Positions 1 through 7,343 of a DNA stretch of 64,000 nucleotides are shown here, piece by piece. Below the pieces are notes generated by a model. That model had not been told where the DNA came from, ran no database searches, and saw only the letters and a program-made list of their open reading frames with translations. The stretch comes from a virus. The stretch spans positions 19,639 through 83,638 of IMG/VR virus record IMGVR_UViG_3300034374_004935, one strand, 5' to 3'. The position numbers and the translations under genes are program-made. Every line of letters begins with the position of its first letter. Within the stretch, counting starts at the first letter, position 1.

Positions 1-36
1 TTAATGATTTTTAACTCAGGATACATGTCCCAGAAA

Positions 37-234
37 TTATTTTCGTATAGTGCTTTCATAATTTAATTTCTTAAGCTTTTCCCACATCTCGTTATAAGGA
101 ACTTCAGAATGATATTCTCTACTTCCTAAAATTATAATAGAACTTCCATTATGATGTTTAGCTAATGCATCTATTTTATAGAAAGTCACTAACATTAATT
201 TATTGTCTACAACTACTTCAAGTGTTAGATTCAT
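37..234 (-). CDS. hypothetical protein
   Basis: 65-aa ORF in a tightly overlapping minus-strand gene chain. Confidence 0.65.
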   Translation of the reverse strand: MNLTLEVVVDNKLMLVTFYKIDALAKHHNGSSIIILGSREYHSEVPYNEMWEKLKKLNYESTIRK

Positions 235-478
235 TTTGTTTCTTTTTTATGCAATAGTTTGCATGATTTATTTTTCTTTTATTAGGAACAAACTTTCCAA
301 AGTTATCTATGTGTATTATAGGAAACTTGTTCTCATCAAATAATCCTTCTGTCTTATGATCGCTACTAATTACCTCTGATATTTTAGAACCTAATAAGTT
401 CCATATTTCTTCTGCCTGGGAAACTTTTATACCGTGAGCAGCTGCTATCTTTTTTAAAATCTCTTTTTGTTTATTCAT
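218..478 (-). CDS. HU/IHF-like DNA-binding protein (likely start MNKQKE at 478)
   Basis: Helix-turn-helix 'EILKKIAAAHGIKVSQAEEI' followed by 'IHIDNFGKFVPNKRK', equivalent to the HU GFGxF motif; IHF-like genes are typical upstream of the crAss-like terminase. Confidence 0.75.
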   Translation of the reverse strand: MNKQKEILKKIAAAHGIKVSQAEEIWNLLGSKISEVISSDHKTEGLFDENKFPIIHIDNFGKFVPNKRKINHANYCIKKKQNESNT

Positions 479-1001
479 CAGGGATCTCGATAGTAAAATC
501 AAATTCTTGTTCTTCCACTACAGGTGCTTTAGAAGCATCATGTTTATATTCTTTAGGAGGCTTTACCTCTTCTTTCTTTTCTTTTTCTTTAATAACAGGC
601 TTTTCTTCTTTAGGAGGATTAGCAGTCATAACTAAATTCACTTCAATTCGATAGCCATCAGTATCAGGTTTATATCTCAGCTCAGGATGTAATATGTTTT
701 TATCGTCTATTAACGGCTTATTAAACATAGTCTTCTTTCTAAGCTTAGATATGATTACATTAAATTGTTTTTCAGCAATGCCCAAATCTTCTCTGATCTC
801 TTTACGTACATCAGTAGACAAAATAAACTTAGCTCGTTTCTCTTCAGGCAGTGCTTCGTATTCGTTATTTAAACTTATCAGTTCAGCTAATACATCTCGC
901 TCCTGGGGAGTAAGTCCAAGCATAAAATTCATAAACGCCAATATCTGACGATATATAATTTTATTATTTGTCGGTAATGATAGGACCTTTCGTTGCTTCA
1001 T
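471..1001 (-). CDS. winged-helix DNA-binding protein (likely start MKQRKV at 1001)
   Basis: 'LTPQERDVLAELI...VRKEIREDLGIAEKQFNVIISKLRKK' wHTH pattern with a charged tail. Confidence 0.6.
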   Translation of the reverse strand: MKQRKVLSLPTNNKIIYRQILAFMNFMLGLTPQERDVLAELISLNNEYEALPEEKRAKFILSTDVRKEIREDLGIAEKQFNVIISKLRKKTMFNKPLIDDKNILHPELRYKPDTDGYRIEVNLVMTANPPKEEKPVIKEKEKKEEVKPPKEYKHDASKAPVVEEQEFDFTIEIPDE

Positions 1002-1365
1002 GAATAATTGTTTTCTGCATTTCTTTATCAGTAGCAAGCATCTTAGCTACTTCATACCAAGTAATAAGCGCTCCCTGTGTAAGAGTAGCAAGTACTTCTA
1101 TAATTGCATGGTACTCCATAGTCTTTGCATCTATGTTATTTGGTCTAGGTAATCTAAACTGTTGTACAGTTCTTTCACCGTGACCGAGTTCAGCAACTAT
1201 GATGTCTACATGCCATGCTTTAAATATATGTTTTTCTTCTTTTATTTCTTCAGGATATGACTTATACTTAAACGTAAGTCCTGAAGCTGTAGATTTTTCT
1301 GATGCTACTACAAAAGCTGTAGCTAATAATTCTTTAGCTACTTTTAATTTCTCTGCTGTCTTCAT
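964..1365 (-). CDS. hypothetical protein
   Basis: 133-aa ORF overlapping both neighbours. Confidence 0.7.
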   Translation of the reverse strand: MKTAEKLKVAKELLATAFVVASEKSTASGLTFKYKSYPEEIKEEKHIFKAWHVDIIVAELGHGERTVQQFRLPRPNNIDAKTMEYHAIIEVLATLTQGALITWYEVAKMLATDKEMQKTIIHEATKGPIITDK

Positions 1366-1531
1366 TGTTTATTAAATAACATTTCATTATTACTTTGTCA
1401 GGGCCTAAGAATAATTTAGAATAAAAGAATTTATTCTGCTGTCTACAATAATCCTTAAATCTATCTTCTAAGACCCGTGACTTTTCTAATATTTCTCCCA
1501 GATCCTCTGACCTTAATTCTCCAATTTCCAT
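1334..1531 (-). CDS. hypothetical protein
   Basis: 65-aa ORF; its start overlaps the upstream stop (TGATG). Confidence 0.65.
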   Translation of the reverse strand: MEIGELRSEDLGEILEKSRVLEDRFKDYCRQQNKFFYSKLFLGPDKVIMKCYLINNEDSREIKSS

Positions 1532-1797
1532 CAGTAATCCTCTTTTAATTCATCTGATAATGTGTATTTGCCTCTTGATATCTTAACTAGCAGTTTTCTT
1601 TCAGTCAATGAGCTTAACATCTTTTCAAGAGCAGCTCTAGAGATATTCAACTCGTCACAGATCTCTTGTTTGTTTACACCGTCACTGTACCAAACCTCAT
1701 TAGGCATTTGTCGTATTATATAGAATAATGCATGGAAACTTCTGTCTTTAGACTTTAGAAGAATACTGTCATTAGTATCTAGGCTAACACATATCAT
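1531..1797 (-). CDS. winged-helix (RepL/MarR-like) DNA-binding protein
   Basis: 'KQEICDELNISRAALEKMLSSLTERKLLVKISRGKYTL' HTH plus wing. Confidence 0.75.
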   Translation of the reverse strand: MICVSLDTNDSILLKSKDRSFHALFYIIRQMPNEVWYSDGVNKQEICDELNISRAALEKMLSSLTERKLLVKISRGKYTLSDELKEDY

Positions 1798-1801
1798 AAC
1801 G

Positions 1802-1833
1802 CAAATATAATAATTTTATAATAACTTGTACAA
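1802..1833 (-). promoter_or_regulatory. Bacteroidota sigma-A type promoter (TTG -33 / TATATTTG -7), apparently leaderless
   Basis: Minus strand reads TTG-N21-TATATTTG-CGTT-ATG. Confidence 0.7.
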
Positions 1834-1854
1834 TATTATTAATTATTATAATAT

Positions 1855-2370
1855 TTATATAAAAGGATGAAATACATTAAATACTTCTTTATCGATGGTT
1901 TTTCTTTTTCTAGCTATGTATGGGTTTAACATGTAGATTACTCTAACCTCATCTCTAATTTTTCCTTTAAGCTGATAGATTACTCCTACTTTCATAAGCT
2001 TACTAAGTAACTTTAGAAACATAGCCTTAGAACTATAGTTTAAAAACTTCTGTAGTGACTTATTGCTATGAGGCTGTGAGCCATTCCACACTATATTTAG
2101 AGGCGTTTTAAGATCTGTAGCCATCATAAGCATAGAATTAATCTCTGTACGTGATAACTCATTAGATAAATACTTAACTGTTTTAGCATCTAGTACAATA
2201 TAATCGTCAGAAGTAATGACTACCATCTCTCCTTCTTCTGTTATATTAACTGACATCTTATCTTTACCAAGTTCTGATGATAATAATTCACCAGTCTCTG
2301 CGTTTACATACTTACCCACATCAAACTGTTGTTTCTTAGTACTGCGCTTCTTAATTATTCTGTTTCCCAT
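1855..2370 (-). CDS. RepL-like replication/DNA-binding protein
   Basis: N-terminal 'YVNAETGELL', HTH 'SKAMFLKLLSKLMKVGVI' and 'YMLNPYIARK', as in RepL-family proteins of crAss-like phages. Confidence 0.7.
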   Translation of the reverse strand: MGNRIIKKRSTKKQQFDVGKYVNAETGELLSSELGKDKMSVNITEEGEMVVITSDDYIVLDAKTVKYLSNELSRTEINSMLMMATDLKTPLNIVWNGSQPHSNKSLQKFLNYSSKAMFLKLLSKLMKVGVIYQLKGKIRDEVRVIYMLNPYIARKRKTIDKEVFNVFHPFI

Positions 2371-2374
2371 AATA

Positions 2375-2382
2375 CAAAGATA
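2375..2382 (-). promoter_or_regulatory. Bacteroidota -7 element TATCTTTG, 4 nt upstream of the RepL-like ATG
   Basis: Minus strand reads TATCTTTG-TATT-ATG. Confidence 0.6.
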
Positions 2383-2413
2383 TTATAAATATATTACAAT
2401 AACTAGTACAAAA

Positions 2414-2462
2414 GTACTATTTTTAGTACCTATAGGGCGTTTTAGGTACTATTTTTAGTACC
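2414..2462. repeat. two 17-bp palindromic direct repeats GTACTATTTTTAGTACC (2414-2430, 2446-2462); candidate operator or origin
   Basis: Exact repeats 32 bp apart in the divergent intergenic region next to the RepL-like gene. Confidence 0.85.
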
Positions 2463-2680
2463 ACCCTAAATCCTCTGTGTGTCAGTAGTAGTCTAGTCTA
2501 TAGCCTGATATTTTATTTTTTACACTTATTCTTATTTGGTAGTCTTTTTCTAATTGGTGAATATACCCCCCGTATTTTTATATGAGCTATAAAATTTTGT
2601 AAGAGTGGTAACTAGCACAGTCAACGACCTGGGTTGAAAGTGAGCGGGGGCAAACCATTCCCTACGTTCAATTTTCAATT

Positions 2681-2947
2681 ATGGCAAAAGCTAAAAAAGC
2701 AAAGATTAAATTCCAACGTTTTGTTGAATCCTCTAAGGGCACGCGAATGTTGATGTTCTCTAAAGTCACGGGAGATGAAGTCGTGGCTTCTCAATGTCTA
2801 ACGGGATTCGAGTTCGTCTTGGACGGTGTTACTCAAGCGAAAGCTGAGCAGTACGGCAAGTCCAAGGAGGATTGGAGCGACGAGTTGGACATCATCCCAC
2901 AGGAGTACGATGGTCGTGTCGTGGGCAAGGTGGTGCGTATCAAATGA
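2681..2947 (+). CDS. hypothetical protein, first gene of the + strand block (GC-rich)
   Basis: 88-aa ORF with an AT-rich leader; visibly more GC-rich than the rest of the window. Confidence 0.75.
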   Translation: MAKAKKAKIKFQRFVESSKGTRMLMFSKVTGDEVVASQCLTGFEFVLDGVTQAKAEQYGKSKEDWSDELDIIPQEYDGRVVGKVVRIK

Positions 2948-2994
2948 TGCGTACCACACGAGTGTTAGTTATCTGACACTCTTTTCTCTTTCTG

Positions 2995-3071
2995 TCTTCA
3001 TCATAATAGTAAGGATCTTCACGCAGGTGATAGCGCTGTGAACATCTAGAATGGATCTATTATGATGAAGA
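2995..3071 (+). other. long stem-loop (15-bp perfect inverted repeat TCTTCATCATAATAG / CTATTATGATGAAGA)
   Basis: Direct complementarity, with an inner hairpin TTCACGCAG/CTGTGAA. Confidence 0.75.
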
Positions 3072-3114
3072 AATAATCTTTTAGTTTAATAATAACATAA
3101 TTACTTATAACATT

Positions 3115-3183
3115 ATGTATCAGTTAGTCATTATTGATGGAGTTCTAACGGAGTTAGACAACATCGCCAACCCTAATGCTTAA
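3115..3183 (+). CDS. possible 22-aa peptide MYQLVIIDGVLTELDNIANPNA
   Basis: A-rich leader before ATG, followed by a hairpin at 3192-3223; below the ORF-track cutoff. Confidence 0.3.
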   Translation: MYQLVIIDGVLTELDNIANPNA

Positions 3184-3420
3184 AGCATTGATGAGCCATA
3201 GCGATTTATATTGTTATGGCTCAATTTTATAATTACCTGTAGTATCATAAGAATAGGGTCTAAAATCAGGAGACAATGCTATCTTATGTTTCGCTTTTGG
3301 CAATGAGCGACAAGTTAGGCATACTAAATATAGCTTCGGCTTTAGTATGTAGTATCCTATTGGTGGAGCTGACTAACCTAATCATTGCCTTTTTTATTTT
3401 ATAACTTAATACATATTATT

Positions 3421-3651
3421 ATGACTGTTTTCAATACAATAAAAAAAGCTGAACACTACGTTGATTATAAAAACAAAAGTAAAGGTGTTCGTAATCATAA
3501 TTGGTTCAGCGGATATATGTGGCAATATCTTGAGTATAAAATTGATTATGATAATAAACGTGTCATTAAAATGGGCGGATCTGATGGTTGTGGTTGTGGA
3601 TGTGATATGTATACTTTTCATTATCGTGAAGTAGTTGGTAGAATTAAATAA
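3421..3651 (+). CDS. hypothetical protein with CGCGC motif
   Basis: ORF 3385-3651; likely start ATG at 3421 after an AT-rich leader. Confidence 0.7.
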   Translation: MTVFNTIKKAEHYVDYKNKSKGVRNHNWFSGYMWQYLEYKIDYDNKRVIKMGGSDGCGCGCDMYTFHYREVVGRIK

Positions 3652-3661
3652 ATTAATAATT

Positions 3662-3778
3662 ATGAAAAAGATTGTAGTAACACAACAAGAAATTCAAGAG
3701 GCTTGCAAAAAGCAAGTCTATCGTGATAAGTCTAAGTACTATCGCAAGAAGAAGCATAAAAATGGCAGTACCACATAG
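3662..3778 (+). CDS. 38-aa basic peptide, ArfA/BrfA-like (MKKIVVTQQEIQEACKKQVYRDKSKYYRKKKHKNGSTT)
   Basis: Translated by hand; C-terminal YxRKxKH resembles ArfA 'SYMRKGKH'; A-rich leader. Confidence 0.6.
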   Translation: MKKIVVTQQEIQEACKKQVYRDKSKYYRKKKHKNGSTT

Positions 3779-3835
3779 GAATGATAGCTCTTATGATGGG
3801 TCTGGAATGTATAGGTTCGAATCCTATTACTGCCA
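3764..3835 (+). ncRNA. tRNA-like element 1 (acceptor stem and T-arm; D and anticodon arms replaced by one hairpin)
   Basis: GGCAGTA/TACTGCC-A acceptor stem; ATAGG-TTCGAAT-CCTAT T-arm; central CCA-CATAGGA...TCTTATG-A-TGG hairpin. Confidence 0.7.
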
Positions 3836-3865
3836 CTAAATCATTTACTGCTGAATGGTAAATGT

Positions 3866-4004
3866 ATAGTACACAAGAATGTTAAGAATTGAATTTCTTG
3901 TATCAATAGATCTGTAAATTAAGAAGCACACTCTATACTTATTTAATTAAGAATGATATCGACTCCAGATGAGCATGAATTCCTGGATAGTTCTTGTGTA
4001 CTAT
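3866..4004 (+). other. structured element closed by a 14-bp perfect inverted repeat
   Basis: ATAGTACACAAGAA (3866-3879) / TTCTTGTGTACTAT (3991-4004). Confidence 0.7.
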
Positions 4005-4037
4005 TAAACTGTAATTATAAATTAAAAATCATATATT

Positions 4038-4469
4038 ATGAACATTTTAAATCGAAAGTTTACATTAAGCATAACAACTTTTCCTATTATAGGATTAGCA
4101 ATTGGAAGAACTTCTTATAAAAAAGTAGATTCTACAAGAAAAGCAATTAAAACTACAACGTTTTTACTACACATTATATGTTTTAGTATAGAACTTAGTT
4201 CTAAAAAACTTATTGCTAGACAAGAAAACGAATTTATTCCTAAAAAGAAAACAAAGAAAAAGACATTTATAGCTAAATTGATAGCTATGATTACTTTATT
4301 TTGCGGTCTTATGGCAGGAACAGCTTTGTATGAAGCTGCTAGACCTAGTACCGATATTTATGGAGCAAATGCTTTGATAATGGTATCAGTATTATTTACA
4401 ACATTGTTTATAGTATTAGGAATATCTTATCTTTCTATGGATCCAAATGAAAAGTATAAATATGTTTAG
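4038..4469 (+). CDS. membrane protein, unknown function
   Basis: At least two hydrophobic helices in the C-terminal half. Confidence 0.7.
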   Translation: MNILNRKFTLSITTFPIIGLAIGRTSYKKVDSTRKAIKTTTFLLHIICFSIELSSKKLIARQENEFIPKKKTKKKTFIAKLIAMITLFCGLMAGTALYEAARPSTDIYGANALIMVSVLFTTLFIVLGISYLSMDPNEKYKYV

Positions 4470-4710
4470 AAAAGAACATAGGTTAGAGTATATAGTGGGA
4501 AGCATTTATTTGCTCCTTGTTATACTCTTAGCGAATGACCTGTATGTATTAAATAAAATACTAAATCTATTTTAAATCTAACTTCCGAGTTAGGCTCTGT
4601 AAAGTCAGGGGTATTAAGCAGACAAACAAGGTATGGTGTCATCATCGCATGAATAAAACCTACTAAGACATCTAGCGCACCTTGTTATTTTATTTATTTA
4701 AATCAAAATT

Positions 4711-4971
4711 ATGTTATTAAAATTAATCTTTACCCATTTATTGGGTCTAGGTATAGTCACGCCTATGAATGAGAAAAATGATGACCGCGATTTGTATTAT
4801 CTTTATGTAATAAAAGATAAAACAGCTGAAGTATTTGTCTATGAACATTGCTACGAAGAAGAAATATTATATTATATTCAAACTAATGGAAACTTCCAGT
4901 ATAATGAATGTTTTAGATTAGTAGATAATGAAGTTGTAGATGACTGTAGAATAGTAGCTAATACTGAATGA
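4711..4971 (+). CDS. hypothetical protein with hydrophobic N-terminus
   Basis: 86-aa ORF with ATGA overlap to the next gene. Confidence 0.65.
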   Translation: MLLKLIFTHLLGLGIVTPMNEKNDDRDLYYLYVIKDKTAEVFVYEHCYEEEILYYIQTNGNFQYNECFRLVDNEVVDDCRIVANTE

Positions 4972-5597
4972 TTATGAAAAATATATTGCTTATAGTAATG
5001 ATGGGAATAGGATTGATATCTTATTCCCAATCTTCCATTGATTGGGGAGAATACGAAAAATCAAAAATCAGTAAAGTATGTGCAAATGCTAAATGGCAGA
5101 CTACACAAAATGTAACTTATGATGGAAGCTATAGAATTATAGATTATCCTTGGGGAGATGTTCCTGAGAATATTGGTGTATGTACTGATGTAATTATTAG
5201 AGCTTTTAGAGCTGTTGGTATAGATTTACAAGAACACGTACATAAATCTGTAGTTAAAAATCATAAATATTATTATCCTAAACCTAAACCAGGATATGGA
5301 TTGAAACCTGATGCTAATATTGATCACAGACGTGTAAAAATATTACATAAATATTTTAAATTACATTTTCCTGAAGCTGAATTAGGACTATATGACACTT
5401 GGATGCCAGGTGATGTAATAATTTGGCAGGATTGGCATATTGGTATACTAATTGACGAAAAGGTTGAAGATACTGATAGATATTATTGTGTTCACAATAT
5501 GGGATTAGGACCTGTTAAAGAAGATTTATATTACGATGTAATTGTTCCTAGTGAATATAATATAAAAGTGTTTAGAGTTTTAAAATTTTATTTATGA
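4968..5597 (+). CDS. DUF1287/YijF-family NlpC/P60-like exported protein
   Basis: Signal peptide; 'YPWGDVP..GVCTDVIIRAFRAVGIDLQ', 'DANIDHRRV', 'PGDVIIW..HIGI', 'HNMGLGP'. Confidence 0.85.
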   Translation: MIMKNILLIVMMGIGLISYSQSSIDWGEYEKSKISKVCANAKWQTTQNVTYDGSYRIIDYPWGDVPENIGVCTDVIIRAFRAVGIDLQEHVHKSVVKNHKYYYPKPKPGYGLKPDANIDHRRVKILHKYFKLHFPEAELGLYDTWMPGDVIIWQDWHIGILIDEKVEDTDRYYCVHNMGLGPVKEDLYYDVIVPSEYNIKVFRVLKFYL

Positions 5598-5722
5598 TTG
5601 AAGAGAGAAGTTATTTGTATACGTACTATAGAAATGGAGAAGAATTTGTAACTACTAATAGAGATGTAGCTTACATTAGAACGGATGAGCCTGATAATAT
5701 TACTGCTCGTCTTATTGTTTAA
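5594..5722 (+). CDS. 42-aa hypothetical protein (MIEERSYLYTYYRNG...)
   Basis: ATGA overlap with the upstream stop; fills the gap; below the ORF-track cutoff. Confidence 0.55.
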   Translation: MIEERSYLYTYYRNGEEFVTTNRDVAYIRTDEPDNITARLIV

Positions 5723-5738
5723 TTTAAATTTTCGAAAA

Positions 5739-5906
5739 ATGAAAAATTTAGTTATGAAAAATCCAGCAGTTGTTGTTATTAGCTGGTTTGCAATTATATT
5801 TATAGTTGCAAGTTTATTGACATCGTGTGGTACAGGATATGTAACATGTGATGCATACGGTGACTCTGGGGAGAGTGTCACAGTATTGGAAGATGATAAC
5901 GTTTAA
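5739..5906 (+). CDS. small lipoprotein
   Basis: Hydrophobic stretch plus lipobox LLTS-C, then 'GTGYVTCDAYG'. Confidence 0.65.
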   Translation: MKNLVMKNPAVVVISWFAIIFIVASLLTSCGTGYVTCDAYGDSGESVTVLEDDNV

Positions 5907-5934
5907 TTTATTATCTTAGTACTTATAGTACAGA

Positions 5935-5966
5935 AAGACCTAGGAGTAAAATCCTAGGTCTTATTT
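5935..5966 (+). terminator. hairpin / probable terminator
   Basis: AAGACCTAGGA-GTAAAA-TCCTAGGTCTT followed by ATTT. Confidence 0.55.
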
Positions 5967-5980
5967 AAAAACTTGATACT

Positions 5981-6229
5981 ATGTTGATATATCAATATAA
6001 AATAACAGCAGTATTAGACGACTCCCACGTAATAATAGTAAATCTATTTACAGAATCGGATATGGAAAATAATATCCTAGAAAAAGAAAACTATATGATG
6101 AATCTATTAGACGAAGGTCTAATACCTGAAGAAATCGAATTTGAAAAAGTTGGAACCTTTGATAGTTCCAGTAAATATTTCCAGTTAGCATGCCAAGGAA
6201 TAATGCGTGCTGTTGAATACCCTAACTAA
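5981..6229 (+). CDS. hypothetical protein
   Basis: 82-aa acidic ORF. Confidence 0.65.
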   Translation: MLIYQYKITAVLDDSHVIIVNLFTESDMENNILEKENYMMNLLDEGLIPEEIEFEKVGTFDSSSKYFQLACQGIMRAVEYPN

Positions 6230-6257
6230 ATTTTTAAGTTTAAAGTTGAGGTAGGTA

Positions 6258-6348
6258 AGCCAAGTAGTTTAACGGTAAAACATATACACAAAAAATGGTA
6301 AATAAAGTTTTGTTGTATAAATTTTAGGTTCGAGTCCTAATTTGGCTT
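6258..6348 (+). ncRNA. tRNA-like element 2 (canonical acceptor, D and T arms; anticodon arm replaced by an extended stem-loop)
   Basis: AGCCAAG/TTTGGCT acceptor; TA; GTTT-AACGGTA-AAAC D-arm; TATACA-CAAAA...TTTTG-T-TGTATA; TTAGG-TTCGAGT-CCTAA T-arm; no encoded CCA. Confidence 0.75.
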
Positions 6349-6545
6349 CGATATACTTGAAAGACCATACATTGAATTGAGTCTTTAGTATAACATTTTA
6401 ATAAGCTATTGCTATTAGCATCGTCAAAAAAATAATAGTAGGCAATTGTATAAGTATGTGTGAACTTATACTCTTATGGACTTTATAAGTCTGATCTAAA
6501 ACACACAAAAATCTATATTTATTAATTATTAAAAACTATCCAAAA

Positions 6546-7061
6546 ATGGACAAGATTGTTTTAGAAAGCGCCAGAGGCGTAAGAAATGGAAAAGTACAAT
6601 TAACTTTTTCTCAAATTGTTAACACAGGAGTTGCTCCTAAAAATGTACTAGGTTTACTTAATGCATCAGATGACAGATTTAACCAACAAAAACCAAGATA
6701 TGCTTGGGTTACTGGTCAAAAGTCTGATATCGAAAAGCAGTTTGGTATTAGCCTAGAAGGATTAAGTGAGGGTGATACATTGGAAATAGGTCAAGTTGAT
6801 CCTCGTTTAGCAGCTCACCCTGATGTAGCTCTTAATATTCAAATTACAGAGTCTACTGAAGGTTCAGAATATGATGTGGCTAACTTTGAAACTCGTGCAA
6901 AACGAGCTGGAAAAGATGGTGACTTCATTATGTTTGACGGAATGTATATTTATGTAACGTCAAGTGTAGTTGCTGGTGAACCACAACACAAAGTTTATTC
7001 GGAAACTACTCGTAAAGCACCAAGTGCGGGTGCTGCAATTGCAGATGCACTTAACGGGTAA
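6546..7061 (+). CDS. hypothetical phage protein
   Basis: 171-aa ORF with an A-rich leader and a downstream terminator. Confidence 0.85.
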   Translation: MDKIVLESARGVRNGKVQLTFSQIVNTGVAPKNVLGLLNASDDRFNQQKPRYAWVTGQKSDIEKQFGISLEGLSEGDTLEIGQVDPRLAAHPDVALNIQITESTEGSEYDVANFETRAKRAGKDGDFIMFDGMYIYVTSSVVAGEPQHKVYSETTRKAPSAGAAIADALNG

Positions 7062-7085
7062 TAGCCTATAAACTATTTATTGGAC

Positions 7086-7119
7086 AAAGACAGAGTTCTC
7101 AGGAGCTCTGTCTTTTTTT
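7086..7119 (+). terminator. rho-independent terminator
   Basis: AAAGACAGAGTTC-TCAG-GAGCTCTGTCTTTTTTT. Confidence 0.85.
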
Positions 7120-7144
7120 GTTTTAAGTAAAAAATTTAACCTTA

Positions 7145-7342
7145 ATGTTTATGAATAAGAATAATAAAACCTCTCAAAAAATTGCTAATGATATTATCAC
7201 AGATTTAGCAGATATAGCAGAAATAATAGATGAAATCCAAGCTGAAATGGATAAAAATAAAGCTGATTTATATGATAAAATAAATCAAGTTGATGAAGAA
7301 CCAGATTATGAATGGCTAAGTGATGTAGCAAGAGGTAGATAA
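7145..7342 (+). CDS. hypothetical acidic coiled-coil protein
   Basis: 65-aa ORF. Confidence 0.65.
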   Translation: MFMNKNNKTSQKIANDIITDLADIAEIIDEIQAEMDKNKADLYDKINQVDEEPDYEWLSDVARGR

Positions 7343-7343
7343 T

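Noticed and set aside
1-26. Start of a minus-strand gene (MYPELKII...), possibly the terminase large subunit by synteny
   Set aside because: Only 8 codons are inside the window, so it cannot be identified
2414-2462. CRISPR-like mini-array
   Set aside because: Only two 17-bp repeats with a 15-bp spacer, and no cas genes; the 8469/8581 repeats also occur only twice and enclose a gene
2646-2662. GGGCAAACCATTC resembles the 5' part of a c-di-GMP-I riboswitch
   Set aside because: The required following GAAA tetraloop, GGGACGCAAAGC segment and P3 are absent
3764-6348. Calling the two tRNA-like elements functional decoding tRNAs or a tmRNA
   Set aside because: Neither has a 5-bp stem/7-nt anticodon loop with U33; no tag reading frame or tmRNA-sized body is evident
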